Below the pieces are notes generated by a model. That model was not told where the DNA came from. It did not search any database and was given only the letters and a program-made list of their open reading frames with translations. The position numbers were made by a program, and so were the translations under genes. From Collinsella aerofaciens (GTDB lineage: Bacteria > Actinomycetota > Coriobacteriia > Coriobacteriales > Coriobacteriaceae): a DNA stretch of 64,000 nucleotides. Numbering within the stretch: position 1 is the stretch's first letter; each line of letters starts with the position of its first letter. The DNA is taken from the NCBI GenBank assembly GCA_021639365.1, contig JAJXHK010000006.1, forward strand, positions 5,797 to 69,796, in the 5' to 3' direction. Shown here piece after piece: positions 1 through 10,260 of this stretch.

Positions 1-102
1 GACGGCCGTCGAGCACAGCAGATAGAACACAAGAAACAGGCCCGTGATGCGCGCAAAGCCAGCCTGGCGCAACACGTCGGCAAGCGTCCTCAACTTGTTC
101 AT
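1..102 (-). CDS. 5' part of a membrane protein, possibly potassium-channel family (runs off the window edge)
   Basis: Reverse strand from ATG at 102 reads MNKLRTLADVLRQAGFARITGLFLVFYLLCSTAV, open to position 1. The hydrophobic helix resembles small ion-channel N-termini. Confidence 0.45.
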   Translation of the reverse strand, partial: MNKLRTLADVLRQAGFARITGLFLVFYLLCSTAV

Positions 103-171
103 CGCGACCCCTTTTTCCAGACGCCCAATCACATTCGCTCGGTATTGTCCCACGCCTCCCCCGCAAACGGA

Positions 172-231
172 ACTAGTCATTGGGGACGTTCTTAAATGAC
201 TAGTCAAACAAGAACGTCCCCAATGACTAGT
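172..231. repeat. REP-like palindrome, family A
   Basis: Perfect 22-bp inverted repeat ACTAGTCATTGGGGACGTTCTT ... AAGAACGTCCCCAATGACTAGT. Related copies at 10261-10350, 10450-10478, 12721-12775 and 17104-17159. Confidence 0.9.
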
Positions 232-330
232 CACCGATGCCGGGCGGGACCGTTTTGCGGTGCAGCTGCCGACCAGGTGGGCTGAGCTGGTATCCTTATG
301 TGAAATTGTCTCGACTCGATAGGATTGCAT

Positions 331-3135
331 GTGAAACCTTCCGCCGTCCTTCGCTTAACCCTATATCGCACCCTGGCCGTCGCGCTGGCCGCACTCGCTG
401 TACTGAGCGCCGCCGTGCCCGCCCCTGCCTTTGCCGCCGACTCCGACCAGCAGGTCAAGACGGTCCGCGTTGGTTGGCTCGTCAACAACAAAGGCTTCCA
501 GGAAGGTACGCCGGGCGAGCGCCTCTCGGGATGGGGCTACGAGTACCTCCAGACCCTCTCGTATTACACAAAGGGCTGGCAATACGAATACGTCTCCGGC
601 ACCTTCACCGAGCTTATGGACATGCTCGAGGCGGGCGAAATCGACCTCATGCCCAACATCTCGTATTCACCAGAACGCGAGCAAAAGCTGCTCTTTTCCT
701 CGAACCCCGAGGGCACCGAGCGCTACTACATCTACGCCAAGCCCGATCGCGACGACCTTGCCAAGGGCGACCCCCAAGCGCTCCAAGGCCTTACCATCGG
801 CTGCAACTCTGGCGTTATGCAAACCACCGTCGGCCAGCAGTGGCTCGCCGACGAAGGCGTCACCTGCACCTATAAAGAGATCAACACCGGCAGCGCCCTC
901 TTTGAGGCGCTTGCAGACGGCGAGGTCGATGCCGTCATCATGAACGACACCATTTCGTCGCCCGATGCGTCGCCCATGTTCTACGTAGGCTCGAGCGACT
1001 ACTATTTTGCCGTTCCCAAAAGCCGCCCCGATTTGATGAATGACATCAATGCCGCCATGACGGCAATCGCCCGCGTCAACCCACGCTATAACGACGAAGT
1101 CAAATCGAGCTATTCGGCCCAAAACAGCGGCTCATCATCGCTCACCGGCACCGAGACCTCCTGGCTCAAAGCAAACGGCAACACCATCACGCTCGGCTAT
1201 CTTAAAAACCAACTTCCCTACTGCACGCAAAATGGCGACGGCGAGATGGAAGGGTCGCTCGCCTCGCTTGCAACGACGCTGCACGACAAGTTTGGCATTA
1301 CGGTTACAACAGTCGCGATCTCAAATAACCAGCAAATGCTCAAAGCCCTTTCCAACGGAACCATCGATGTCGCCCTGCCCCTGTTTCGCGACTACTGGCT
1401 TGCCGAACAGAAAGGGGTCATTCAGTCAAACCCGATGGGAACGGTTTCCCTAACCGCCATTCACAGCAGCAACAACCTGAACAGCGACCTTAAGAAAATC
1501 GCTTGTATACAGGACGCGATCGTCAACCATTCTGAGCTCGAGAGCCTCTTCCCCGACGCAACGATAACCGATTATCCGAATGGCAACGAGGCGCTCGAAG
1601 CCCTCAATAAGGGGGAGGCACGTTGCATCATTGTCCCCAGCACGCGCCTGAAAACCATCCGCGACACCTACAACATCGAGGATTTCCAAACACAGGAGCT
1701 CACCGACGCGGCACAGCTATCGTGTTTGATTTCGCGCGGCAAGCCCGAGCTGTTGGGAATCATCAATAAGGGCATCGTCAATGCAGGCGAATCGCTCTCT
1801 GCAAGCAGTTATTCCCCCACATCGTACTCGGCGCAAGAATCGGATGCGTTCCGACTTCTCTACCGCAACCGCATCGTCATTGCGGCAGTCGTCATCTGCA
1901 TTTTGCTCACCGGCATCGTCATCCTTGTCTGGTCGCTTCACCGCGCGCAGAAAGAACAGCAGAAAGCCGATGCCGCCAACGCCGCTAAGACAGCATTCCT
2001 CACGCGCATGAGTCACGACATCCGCACGCCGCTCAACGGCATCCTGGGTCTTATCGAAATTGAGGAATTGAAAGACGGCGATATGCGAGTCGCCCGCGAA
2101 AGCCGCGCCAAGGCGCGTGTTGCCGCCAATCACCTGCTCTCGCTAATCAACGACATCCTCGAGATGGGCAAAATCGAGGACCGCAAGCTAACACTGGAAC
2201 ATGCTCCTTTTAACCTCAAAGAGCTCTGTGACGATGCGCTGGTGCTGTGCAAGCTCCGCGCGTCCGGTAACGGTATCACAATGCAGGACAATAGCCTGCC
2301 GTACGCCACGGGGCCATACATGATCGGCAGTCCCACCCATATCCGACGGATCATAATCAACCTGCTAGACAACAGTATTAAGTACAACAAGCGCGGCGGC
2401 TCCGTCACCTTTAGCTCACAGACCAAGCCACTCGATGATGGGCGCGCGCTCTTTTGCTTTAGCGTTTCGGATACCGGCATTGGCATGGCTCCCGAGTTTT
2501 TAAAGCATATCTATGAGCCGTTTGCCCAGGAAGGTGACGATGCGCGCAGCAAGTTCCAGGGAACCGGCATGGGCATGCCAATCGTCAAGTCGCTTATTGA
2601 ACTGATGGGCGGCACGATTGAGATTTCGAGTGAGGTTGGCGTGGGGAGTACGTTCAACGTCCAGATTCCGCTCGATATCGACAAGAACCCTCAGGCAAGA
2701 GAACGTGCGGACGGCCAGGCAAACAGCTGCTCGCTTGCCGGCATGAACGTCCTTTTGGCAGAAGATAACGAGCTCAATGCCGAGATTGCCCAGGCTCTGC
2801 TCGAAAGCGAGGGCATCGTCGTAACTCGCACCGCCGACGGCAACGAAACGATCAACCTATACGTTGGCCGTCCCGCGGGTAGCTTCGATGCGATTCTAAT
2901 GGACATCATGATGCCGGGCATGGACGGCTACGAGGCAACCCGCGCGATTCGTCTGAGCGAGAAGGCCGATGCGGCCGATATCCCCATCATCGCGCTCACC
3001 GCCAACGCCTTTGCCGAGGATGCCCAGGCGGCACACGATGCCGGCATGAACGCTCACCTGCCCAAGCCGCTCGACTTTAACAAGCTCAAAAACATGCTCG
3101 CCCGCATCAAGAAATACGGATCCGTTTCGCTATAG
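331..3135 (+). CDS. Hybrid sensor histidine kinase/response regulator with two extracytoplasmic solute-binding (PBP) domains
   Basis: Signal peptide, two PBP-like repeats, TM helix, H-box FLTRMSHDIRTPLNG, N/G boxes (NLLDNSIKY, DTGIGM, GTGMGM), receiver LMDIMMPGMDG. GTG at 331 follows AGGA; the ORF track starts at 325. Confidence 0.92.
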   Translation: MKPSAVLRLTLYRTLAVALAALAVLSAAVPAPAFAADSDQQVKTVRVGWLVNNKGFQEGTPGERLSGWGYEYLQTLSYYTKGWQYEYVSGTFTELMDMLEAGEIDLMPNISYSPEREQKLLFSSNPEGTERYYIYAKPDRDDLAKGDPQALQGLTIGCNSGVMQTTVGQQWLADEGVTCTYKEINTGSALFEALADGEVDAVIMNDTISSPDASPMFYVGSSDYYFAVPKSRPDLMNDINAAMTAIARVNPRYNDEVKSSYSAQNSGSSSLTGTETSWLKANGNTITLGYLKNQLPYCTQNGDGEMEGSLASLATTLHDKFGITVTTVAISNNQQMLKALSNGTIDVALPLFRDYWLAEQKGVIQSNPMGTVSLTAIHSSNNLNSDLKKIACIQDAIVNHSELESLFPDATITDYPNGNEALEALNKGEARCIIVPSTRLKTIRDTYNIEDFQTQELTDAAQLSCLISRGKPELLGIINKGIVNAGESLSASSYSPTSYSAQESDAFRLLYRNRIVIAAVVICILLTGIVILVWSLHRAQKEQQKADAANAAKTAFLTRMSHDIRTPLNGILGLIEIEELKDGDMRVARESRAKARVAANHLLSLINDILEMGKIEDRKLTLEHAPFNLKELCDDALVLCKLRASGNGITMQDNSLPYATGPYMIGSPTHIRRIIINLLDNSIKYNKRGGSVTFSSQTKPLDDGRALFCFSVSDTGIGMAPEFLKHIYEPFAQEGDDARSKFQGTGMGMPIVKSLIELMGGTIEISSEVGVGSTFNVQIPLDIDKNPQARERADGQANSCSLAGMNVLLAEDNELNAEIAQALLESEGIVVTRTADGNETINLYVGRPAGSFDAILMDIMMPGMDGYEATRAIRLSEKADAADIPIIALTANAFAEDAQAAHDAGMNAHLPKPLDFNKLKNMLARIKKYGSVSL

Positions 3136-3177
3136 TTTGTGCTCAACCACCATGCACGGCCAGAAAGGAAACCAACG

Positions 3178-3657
3178 ATGTTTAGGCCCTTACGTCGAAA
3201 GAAACGCGCCATCACCGACGAGGAAGCGCGCGAGTTGCTCGCCACCTGCAAGCGCGGCGTCTTTGCCGTCAACGGCGACGATGGCTACCCGTACGCCATT
3301 CCCGTCAACTACTTCTTCGACGCCGAGCACGACAAGATTTATTTCCATGGCGCCAAAGCCGGCCACAAGGTCGACGCACTCAAGCGCGATGACAAGATCT
3401 GCTTTACCGTTTACGGCAACGAGTGGTACAAGGACGATGACTGGGCTCCCTACGTTATGAGTACCGTGGTCTTTGGCCGTTGTCGCCTGGTAGATGAGGC
3501 GCCTGCGTTTATCGAGGATAAAGTCCGCCAGCTCGCGCTTAAGTACTACCCTTCTGCCGATGAAGTCGAGGAAGAAATCGCCAAAGACATCAAGGGCGTC
3601 CAACTCTACGAGATTTCGATTGAGCATCTTTGCGGCAAGCAGATTCACGAAAAGTAA
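3178..3657 (+). CDS. Pyridoxamine 5'-phosphate oxidase-like (NimA-like) flavin-binding protein
   Basis: MFRPLRRKKR...GYPYAIPVNY...IYFHGAKAGHKVD...VCFTV-like pattern. RBS AGAAAGGA before ATG 3178. Confidence 0.85.
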   Translation: MFRPLRRKKRAITDEEARELLATCKRGVFAVNGDDGYPYAIPVNYFFDAEHDKIYFHGAKAGHKVDALKRDDKICFTVYGNEWYKDDDWAPYVMSTVVFGRCRLVDEAPAFIEDKVRQLALKYYPSADEVEEEIAKDIKGVQLYEISIEHLCGKQIHEK

Positions 3658-3684
3658 GCCCCTCAGCAAGCCTCATCAATAGCA

Positions 3685-3724
3685 ATATGGCCCGGTTCCA
3701 ACCCACCTTGGAACCGGGCCATAT
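3685..3724. terminator. Probable bidirectional terminator hairpin between convergent genes
   Basis: ATATGGCCCGGTTCCAA ... TTGGAACCGGGCCATAT between stops at 3657 and 3727. Confidence 0.75.
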
Positions 3725-3726
3725 GC

Positions 3727-5919
3727 TTATGAAGCGTCGGCGGCTATGTGCGCAAGCGCCTCAACGAGCTCCTGCGAACTCACTGGTTTACTCAGGTGCG
3801 CGTTCATGCCCGCCTCACGCGAAAGCCTGCGATCGTCGGCAAAGGCGTTGGCGCTCACGGTGATAATCGGCGTGGTCGCGGCATCCTCGCGATCGAGCGC
3901 TCGAATCCGACGCGTGGCCTCAAGGCCATCGATACCGGGCATCATGATATCCATCAACACCACGTCGTACTCGTGCGGCGCGCTCGCGGCAAACATCTCG
4001 ACGGCAGACTCACCATCCTTAGCATGCGTCACGACGGCACCGGCGCGGGCGAGCGTAAACTGTGCGATCTCGGCATTCAGGTCGTTATCCTCTACGAGCA
4101 AAACGCGCAAGCCCTGGAGCGCATCGCCGTCGCCCGCATTCACGCGCACTGCCTGAGGAATCTCGGAGCACTTGCACTTCTCAAACGGCAGACGGATGGT
4201 AAACGTCGTCCCCTGCCCCAAGATGCTCGAAAAGCTCATGGTTCCGCCCATAAGCTCGACCAACTGTTTGGCAATAGGCGCACCCAGGCCAGTTCCCGAT
4301 GAAGCGCCTTCCACCTGCTGCTCCTCGCGACAAAACGGCTCGTAGAGGTGCTGTTGAAACTCCTCACTCATGCCAATACCGTTATCGGCAATCGTGTATT
4401 CATAGACAGGAACGCCATCCGCTGGCTCCACCTCGCGGCACGCCAGGCGAACATAACCGCCCCGGCGATTGTACTTGACGGCATTGCCGGCAATATTGAG
4501 CAACAAGCGTTTGAGGTGCGTCACGCTCACCCGCGCATAGGGATGATTAAGCGTCTGCTGATCGCAGATAATTGTCACCAGGCGCTCCTCGGCCTGGCGC
4601 TCCAGAATATCGCGCACCTCGTGGTTGAGGGTCACCAAATTTGTGGGAACAAGCTCCAGGTCGACCTGCCCGCTCTCCAGGCGACTCATATCGAGCGCCT
4701 CATTCGCAAGGTCGAGCAGCAGTCCCGATGCCGTCCAGATCTTTGAACGACACTCGGTCTGCTTTTGCAGATCGTCCGCATTGGCATCGCCAACCTCAAC
4801 CATACCGCGGATGCCGTTGATGGGCGTGCGCAGATCGTGGCTCATGCGACGCAGGAACTCCGTCTTTGCCGAGTTGGCAGACGAGGCCTCACGCGCCGCC
4901 TTTGCCAGCTTGTCGCCATAGTCGCGCTCCTGCTGCAGCAAGTCCGTCAAACGTCGACGATCAGCGCGGCGACGCACCATCACAACAGTGGCTACAACAC
5001 CGCTGTAGAGCACCAGCACGCCGGCAGAGACAGCCGCGACAACCTCAAAGTAGCGCTGCGCCGAGGCATAGGTGTACACGTAGAATTTTTGCGCTTTGCC
5101 GTATGTGCCCAAATACCACTCGCCGTTGACGTTGACCAGTCGGACTTTGCCGGGCAGGCATCGATCCTTAATTTCGTCGACAATAATGGCGTCCGTCGCG
5201 GGCAGGTCGAACACGCCCAATACGGTGGGTTCGACGGCATTGGTCGCAACGACCTTGCCATCGTTTTCGATCACGATATTGCCGCTATCGATGGTTTCAT
5301 AGCCTTCGAGCAGGCTCTGCAGTTTGAGTGTATTGCTTGCAACTGCCTTCGCGCTCTGATGCCTTACCGCGATAACGATACCCTCGCCATCCTGCCGAGT
5401 CACGCAACCGATGTCTGCAACCGAATCATCCGCAAGCGTAATACGATCGGTATAGGACTTAAGCGGATGGGTTGCCACCTCCAGCACGGGCGCTTCTTTG
5501 AGATACGTAGCAAGCGATTCGTAGCCCACGCCATCCGTCGAGGACTCGGACATCAAGTTGCCCGATGCGTCCGTCACGATCAGTGCGCTCACGTTGAACT
5601 GGTCAGCATATTGCTCCAGCGCGGCGTTATCCACCGATCCGTCGCGCTCCGTATCGCGCGCCACCTCTCCGGCGATCTCCATAACGCGAATCAGGTTTTT
5701 GGTCGTATAAGCGCTATTGAACGCATCGTAGGAAAGGCTCTGCGTCGCCACGTAATCGACAACGTCGGCAAAGCGCTGCTCGGCCTGGGCTGTCGTGTAC
5801 CCGTAGCTCATCATGCCGGCGACAACCGAGAGCGCTATACCCACCAGGGCGGCAAGGAGCCATACCCAGGTCGAATGATTGCCCCGCTCCTGAGCGGTGT
5901 AGTCGGGCGCATCGATCAC
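3727..5919 (-). CDS. Hybrid sensor histidine kinase/response regulator
   Basis: Two TM segments, H-box FLRRMSHDLRTPING, NIAGNAVKY, DNGIGM, GTGLG, receiver LMDIMMPGIDG. Start overlaps the stop of the upstream gene. Confidence 0.92.
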   Translation of the reverse strand: MIDAPDYTAQERGNHSTWVWLLAALVGIALSVVAGMMSYGYTTAQAEQRFADVVDYVATQSLSYDAFNSAYTTKNLIRVMEIAGEVARDTERDGSVDNAALEQYADQFNVSALIVTDASGNLMSESSTDGVGYESLATYLKEAPVLEVATHPLKSYTDRITLADDSVADIGCVTRQDGEGIVIAVRHQSAKAVASNTLKLQSLLEGYETIDSGNIVIENDGKVVATNAVEPTVLGVFDLPATDAIIVDEIKDRCLPGKVRLVNVNGEWYLGTYGKAQKFYVYTYASAQRYFEVVAAVSAGVLVLYSGVVATVVMVRRRADRRRLTDLLQQERDYGDKLAKAAREASSANSAKTEFLRRMSHDLRTPINGIRGMVEVGDANADDLQKQTECRSKIWTASGLLLDLANEALDMSRLESGQVDLELVPTNLVTLNHEVRDILERQAEERLVTIICDQQTLNHPYARVSVTHLKRLLLNIAGNAVKYNRRGGYVRLACREVEPADGVPVYEYTIADNGIGMSEEFQQHLYEPFCREEQQVEGASSGTGLGAPIAKQLVELMGGTMSFSSILGQGTTFTIRLPFEKCKCSEIPQAVRVNAGDGDALQGLRVLLVEDNDLNAEIAQFTLARAGAVVTHAKDGESAVEMFAASAPHEYDVVLMDIMMPGIDGLEATRRIRALDREDAATTPIITVSANAFADDRRLSREAGMNAHLSKPVSSQELVEALAHIAADAS

Positions 5920-6785
5920 GACAGGCCCTCCATATTCAAAAATGGTGAGGGGTCATCAAAGTACTTTGACACCAGGCGTTCCATGGTGCCATCGGCAAGC
6001 ATTTCTTGGTAGGCATGGGTGAGTTTAGCGTCGATACCGCGCGTGTCGTTGATATCGAAAGCGGTGCCCAAACCAACCTCCAACAGCGGCTCGTTCAGAA
6101 TGCGATACGTCACGCCATAGTCTTTTTCATAGGTGAGCAGCGAGGACTCATGTGCGGCGATAGCGTCGACCAGGCCCTCGACGAGCGCCGGGTTCAGGTA
6201 TGAGCGGTCCGAGAAGCTGTAGAGCTCCTTGATTTGCAGAACCTTTTCATTGGTACGGTTGAGCAAAATGTCCTCGGGCTTGGTGGTGGACTGCACCCCC
6301 ACGACCCTGCCCTCAAGATCGGCGAGCGTGTAGATGTCGCTTTCGGGATTGACCGCGACCACCTGGCGGCTCGCAAGGTACGGACCGGCCCAGCGATACT
6401 CGCTTTCGCGACCCGTCATACTAAAGCTACCCATGACACAATCGAGCTCGCCGCTCGCCAGCAGCTCTTTCTTCTTTTCCCAGTCGATCAGCTGGTATTT
6501 TGGCTTGTAACCAATGCGGGCCAAAGCCTCGGTCAATATCTCGACATCCAGGCCAACGATATCGCCGTACTCATCGGTATACACAAACGGTGGATAGAGG
6601 TCGCTTCCGACGTTGAGCGTCTTAAGGTCGTCGTCTTTGACTTGCGAGGCGTCCAGTTCTTCTAATGCAGACGTCGAGGCTCCGTCATTCGACCCGGAAC
6701 AGCCGGCTATCGCTACGACAAAGGCACACGCTACCGCAAGCGCACCAAACAACGATATGGCAACCGAGCGGCGAGGTCTTTTCAT
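5916..6785 (-). CDS. Amino-acid ABC-type substrate-binding lipoprotein (family 3)
   Basis: Lipobox IAGC; YPPF...GLDVEI...IDW...FSMTGRE motifs. Translationally coupled to the kinase. Confidence 0.85.
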   Translation of the reverse strand: MKRPRRSVAISLFGALAVACAFVVAIAGCSGSNDGASTSALEELDASQVKDDDLKTLNVGSDLYPPFVYTDEYGDIVGLDVEILTEALARIGYKPKYQLIDWEKKKELLASGELDCVMGSFSMTGRESEYRWAGPYLASRQVVAVNPESDIYTLADLEGRVVGVQSTTKPEDILLNRTNEKVLQIKELYSFSDRSYLNPALVEGLVDAIAAHESSLLTYEKDYGVTYRILNEPLLEVGLGTAFDINDTRGIDAKLTHAYQEMLADGTMERLVSKYFDDPSPFLNMEGLS

Positions 6786-6928
6786 CGAGCTCCAGACGAT
6801 CCTGCTTACAGACTGAAATGCTAGAAATAATAGCAAATGAAACCACTCGAGCGCCCAATGGTTACAGACGCTTTACCCTGCGGGGCCTTCTAGCCGACTT
6901 GGCAGAAGGCCCCGCATGCAGCGCACAC

Positions 6929-8143
6929 TTACCGTGCGTTAAAAACGTAGCGGTCCAGGCGGTCGCACGCTTCCCTTACGCGCGAAAGGGGCAGTGCCAG
7001 ATTCACGCGAATGTGGCAGGGCCCGTGGAACGGGCGGCCGTCCTGATACCCCACGCCCACACGAGCGCCCTCGTCGAGCAGCCACTGAATATCGCGGCCA
7101 TGCTCGCGGCACCACTCGGTGCAGTCCAGAAACACCATGTAGGTGCCCTGCGGACGCGAATAGGACACGCCCGCAAAATGCTTGTCCACGTAATTGCAGA
7201 AGTAGTCGATATTGCCGGCAAGCACCTGGTTGAGCTCGTCCACCCACTCGTAGCCTTGCGGCTGGTAGGCACCGATAAGCGCATGCATGGAGAGGACGTT
7301 CATCTCGTTGTAGTGAGTCTTGTTGGACACGGTGCACACGCGGTCGCGCAGCGTCTCGTTATAGATGATGTGGTAGCTGCCGACCAGGCCCGCCAGGTTG
7401 AACGTCTTGCTGGGCGCGTAGAGGGCAACCGTGCGCATGCGGGCATCCTCGCTCACCGACTGCGTCGGGATATGCTTGTGACCCGGCAGGATGATATCGG
7501 ACCAAATCTCGTCCGAGATCACCACGCAATCGTGCTGGCGATAGATATCCATGGCGCGCTCGATCTCGTCGCGCTCCCATACGCGGCCGCAGGGATTGTG
7601 CGGCGAGCAGAACACCGCGGCATGGATGTGGTTTTGGGCGAGCTTGCGCTCCATGTCCTCAAAGTCCATACGCCACACGCCCTGGTCGTCGAGTTTAAGC
7701 GGGCTGTGGACAATGCGATAGCCCGCGGCCTCGATGGACTTGGTAAAGCCGATATAGGTGGGACTGTGGACCAGCACCGCATCGCCCGGCTGGACATATG
7801 CGCGCAACGTCGACACGACACCGCCCAGTACGCCGTTTTCGTAGCCGATATGCTCCGGTGCCAAGTCCTCAACGCCATTGCGACGGCTCTGCCATTCGAT
7901 GATGCGGTCGAAGTACTCGGGACGCGGATTGAAATAGCCAAACATGGGGTGCTGGGCGCGCTGAATGATGTACTCCTGGACCGTGGGCACCGTGGCAAAG
8001 TTCATGTCCGCCACCCACATGGGAATGCGGTCGAAGCCCTCGTCGGGTGCGTTCGGAGCCATGCCGGGAATCTCGTCCCAGGAGTCAACGGCGATGGCGT
8101 CCATGCCGTGGCGGTCGATAAGCGAAGTAAAGTCGTATTTCAT
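6929..8143 (-). CDS. MalY/PatB family PLP-dependent C-S lyase (cystathionine beta-lyase-like)
   Basis: MKYDF...PMWVADMNF, CSPHNPCGRVW, SDEIW, APSKTFNLAG (PLP lysine). Confidence 0.92.
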   Translation of the reverse strand: MKYDFTSLIDRHGMDAIAVDSWDEIPGMAPNAPDEGFDRIPMWVADMNFATVPTVQEYIIQRAQHPMFGYFNPRPEYFDRIIEWQSRRNGVEDLAPEHIGYENGVLGGVVSTLRAYVQPGDAVLVHSPTYIGFTKSIEAAGYRIVHSPLKLDDQGVWRMDFEDMERKLAQNHIHAAVFCSPHNPCGRVWERDEIERAMDIYRQHDCVVISDEIWSDIILPGHKHIPTQSVSEDARMRTVALYAPSKTFNLAGLVGSYHIIYNETLRDRVCTVSNKTHYNEMNVLSMHALIGAYQPQGYEWVDELNQVLAGNIDYFCNYVDKHFAGVSYSRPQGTYMVFLDCTEWCREHGRDIQWLLDEGARVGVGYQDGRPFHGPCHIRVNLALPLSRVREACDRLDRYVFNAR

Positions 8144-8255
8144 GCTGAGCTCCCATGCAAAGCGGATTGTTTTGGTAGGCGTTATTGTCCACCAGCATGG
8201 GCGGTTTTGGCATGGGGTTTGGCTCTTAATTTGACGGGTGCGGACGAATGGCTGG

Positions 8256-8993
8256 TTAGTCTCGCGCGTCGGTGATGGCGACCACCGTTAGCCTGGTTCC
8301 GTCAACGGTAAAAGACACGTCGAGTCCGGCGTATGCCAAGTGATAAACGCGGTTTGGCTCGTGCTTGCTGCCTGCGCGGCGCGGATCTTGGCGAAGGACC
8401 TCGACCAGGCCGGGGAGCTTTGCGGGCGGGACCATGTCCTGCAGCGTTTGCGGGAGCTCGACATCGAGCTTTTGCCACGGCGCATCCTCAATCCAGCCAC
8501 CAGTCGCATCCGGGTGACAGTCTGCAAACGGAATGTAGGGCTTGATGTCATAGATGGGCGTGCCGTCGCGCAGATCGGCCCCCAGCACATGGATGATGGG
8601 GCCATCGTCGGTAAGCTCGACGCGGTCGAGCTTGACGCAGGTGAGCCCGATGGGATTAGGGCGAAACGGACTGCGCGTGGCAAAGACGCCCACACGCTCG
8701 GCTCCGCCCAGACGCGGCGGACGCACGGTTTTCGACCACTTGGCATTAGTTCCGGACCTGTCCTGCGACTTGGCATCGGCAGCTATGTCCTTAGCCGTGC
8801 CGCCGGGCGTGCCGTTTTCAAAACGCCACAGCAGCCATAGGTGAGAGAAGGAGTCCAGGCCCTCAACCGCTGCATTGGAGGCAAATTCCGGCTCAAATAC
8901 GATACGTCCCTGCAGATGAGGCGCCAAAAAACTGTTGCGCGGAATGCCGAACTTCTGCGGCAGGTCGGTATGTATGTGTGCAATAGGTTCCAT
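8256..8993 (-). CDS. trmO: tRNA (N6-threonylcarbamoyladenosine(37)-N6)-methyltransferase TrmO/TsaA
   Basis: KFGIPR, TVRPPRLGG, GVFATRSPFRPNPIGL, GADLRDGTPIYDIKPY, QDPR. Start is 8993 or 9002. Confidence 0.9.
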   Translation of the reverse strand: MEPIAHIHTDLPQKFGIPRNSFLAPHLQGRIVFEPEFASNAAVEGLDSFSHLWLLWRFENGTPGGTAKDIAADAKSQDRSGTNAKWSKTVRPPRLGGAERVGVFATRSPFRPNPIGLTCVKLDRVELTDDGPIIHVLGADLRDGTPIYDIKPYIPFADCHPDATGGWIEDAPWQKLDVELPQTLQDMVPPAKLPGLVEVLRQDPRRAGSKHEPNRVYHLAYAGLDVSFTVDGTRLTVVAITDARD

Positions 8994-9133
8994 GCCGGTC
9001 ATTGTACGGCATGGGGGCGTGGGGTGTTGCACGCAATTCTTTATCGCGGTCCCTGTCGTGCAACCAACAGTTGCTTGGAAGGGCACCAGCCGCCGCGTAT
9101 GCTTAAGCCATCAACCAGCAGAAAGGAGCCGTT

Positions 9134-9961
9134 ATGGCCTTCGCAGAAAAGCTCATTGCTGTCCGTCGCGCCCACCACCTCACCCAAGAGCAACTTGCCG
9201 CCAAGCTCTTCGTCACACGCCAAGCCGTCAGCCGTTGGGAACGCGGCGAAGTCACCCCTGGCATCGACATGATGAAGCTCATCGCCGCCGTGACCGGCGA
9301 GCCTCTGCCCCACCTGCTCGAAATGCCCGAGCACTATTGTCAGAGCTGCGGCATGATACTCACGCCCGACGACTGCGGCACCGATGCTCACGGCGCCACG
9401 ACCGATCATTACTGCAAGTGGTGCTACGACCACGGCAAGTACACCTATGACATCACCATGGAGGCAATGATCGAGGATTGTGCCCCGCGGCTGGCACAAA
9501 ACACCGGTATGTCGCTTGACGAAGCCGTCTCGCTCATGGGCGCCGTGCTGCCGCAACTGGAGCGCTGGCGCACCGTGCAGGAAAACGAGGAGCGCTACGG
9601 TGCCGAGGCGCGGGCGCGCTATGGCGACGAGGCGATCGATGCAGTAAACGAGGCACTGCTGGGCATGGACCCCGAGACATGGAACGACATGAAGGAACTT
9701 GAACGCGCTGTTCTGGGTCAGCTCTCGATCGCCATGGGCGATGGCGAACCGGAAGGCAGCGAGGCTCGCAAGCTTGTCGCAATGCACCGTCGATGGATTG
9801 GCCTTAACTGGGGGCACGAACCCCAAGAGGAGGCGTATCTGGGGCTCGCCCACGGCTATCTTGCCGACCAGCGCTTTGTTGACTACTACGACAAGCCCTG
9901 CGGCACCGGAGCCACGGCGTTTCTGGTTCAGGCAATCGAGTCATCGCTGACTCGCGCATAG
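9134..9961 (+). CDS. XRE HTH regulator fused to a zinc ribbon and a TipAS-like domain
   Basis: LTQEQLAAKLFVTRQAVSRWE (XRE); YCQSCGM...YCKWCY (Zn ribbon); YGAEARARYG...LAHGYLADQRFVDYYDK...GATAFL (TipAS-like). RBS AAGGAG. Confidence 0.85.
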   Translation: MAFAEKLIAVRRAHHLTQEQLAAKLFVTRQAVSRWERGEVTPGIDMMKLIAAVTGEPLPHLLEMPEHYCQSCGMILTPDDCGTDAHGATTDHYCKWCYDHGKYTYDITMEAMIEDCAPRLAQNTGMSLDEAVSLMGAVLPQLERWRTVQENEERYGAEARARYGDEAIDAVNEALLGMDPETWNDMKELERAVLGQLSIAMGDGEPEGSEARKLVAMHRRWIGLNWGHEPQEEAYLGLAHGYLADQRFVDYYDKPCGTGATAFLVQAIESSLTRA

Positions 9962-10013
9962 ACCGCGGCGGCATTGGGTATCTCAATCGAAACCTCAACC
10001 GATTGGAGACACC

Positions 10014-10259
10014 ATGGCTACTGATCACGAACTCGTGCTCTACGTTATGACTGGCTGCCCGTATTGTATAAAGGTCAAGCGCTTTTTGGCCGATAACGGC
10101 GTGACCATTCCCGAACGCAATATCTCGACTGACCCTGATGCCGAGCAGACGCTCATCGCCGTCGGCGGAAAACGCCAGGTTCCCTGCCTGTTCATCGACG
10201 GCAAGCCGCTCTACGAATCGAGTGACATCATCGCGTGGATACAGAAGAACCTGCTCTAG
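10014..10259 (+). CDS. Glutaredoxin family protein
   Basis: CPYC active site; GGKRQVPCLFIDG. Confidence 0.9.
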   Translation: MATDHELVLYVMTGCPYCIKVKRFLADNGVTIPERNISTDPDAEQTLIAVGGKRQVPCLFIDGKPLYESSDIIAWIQKNLL

Positions 10260-10260
10260 C

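Noticed and set aside
3178..3657. Metronidazole resistance gene (nim)
   Set aside because: Only family-level similarity; such proteins are widespread and resistance cannot be inferred.
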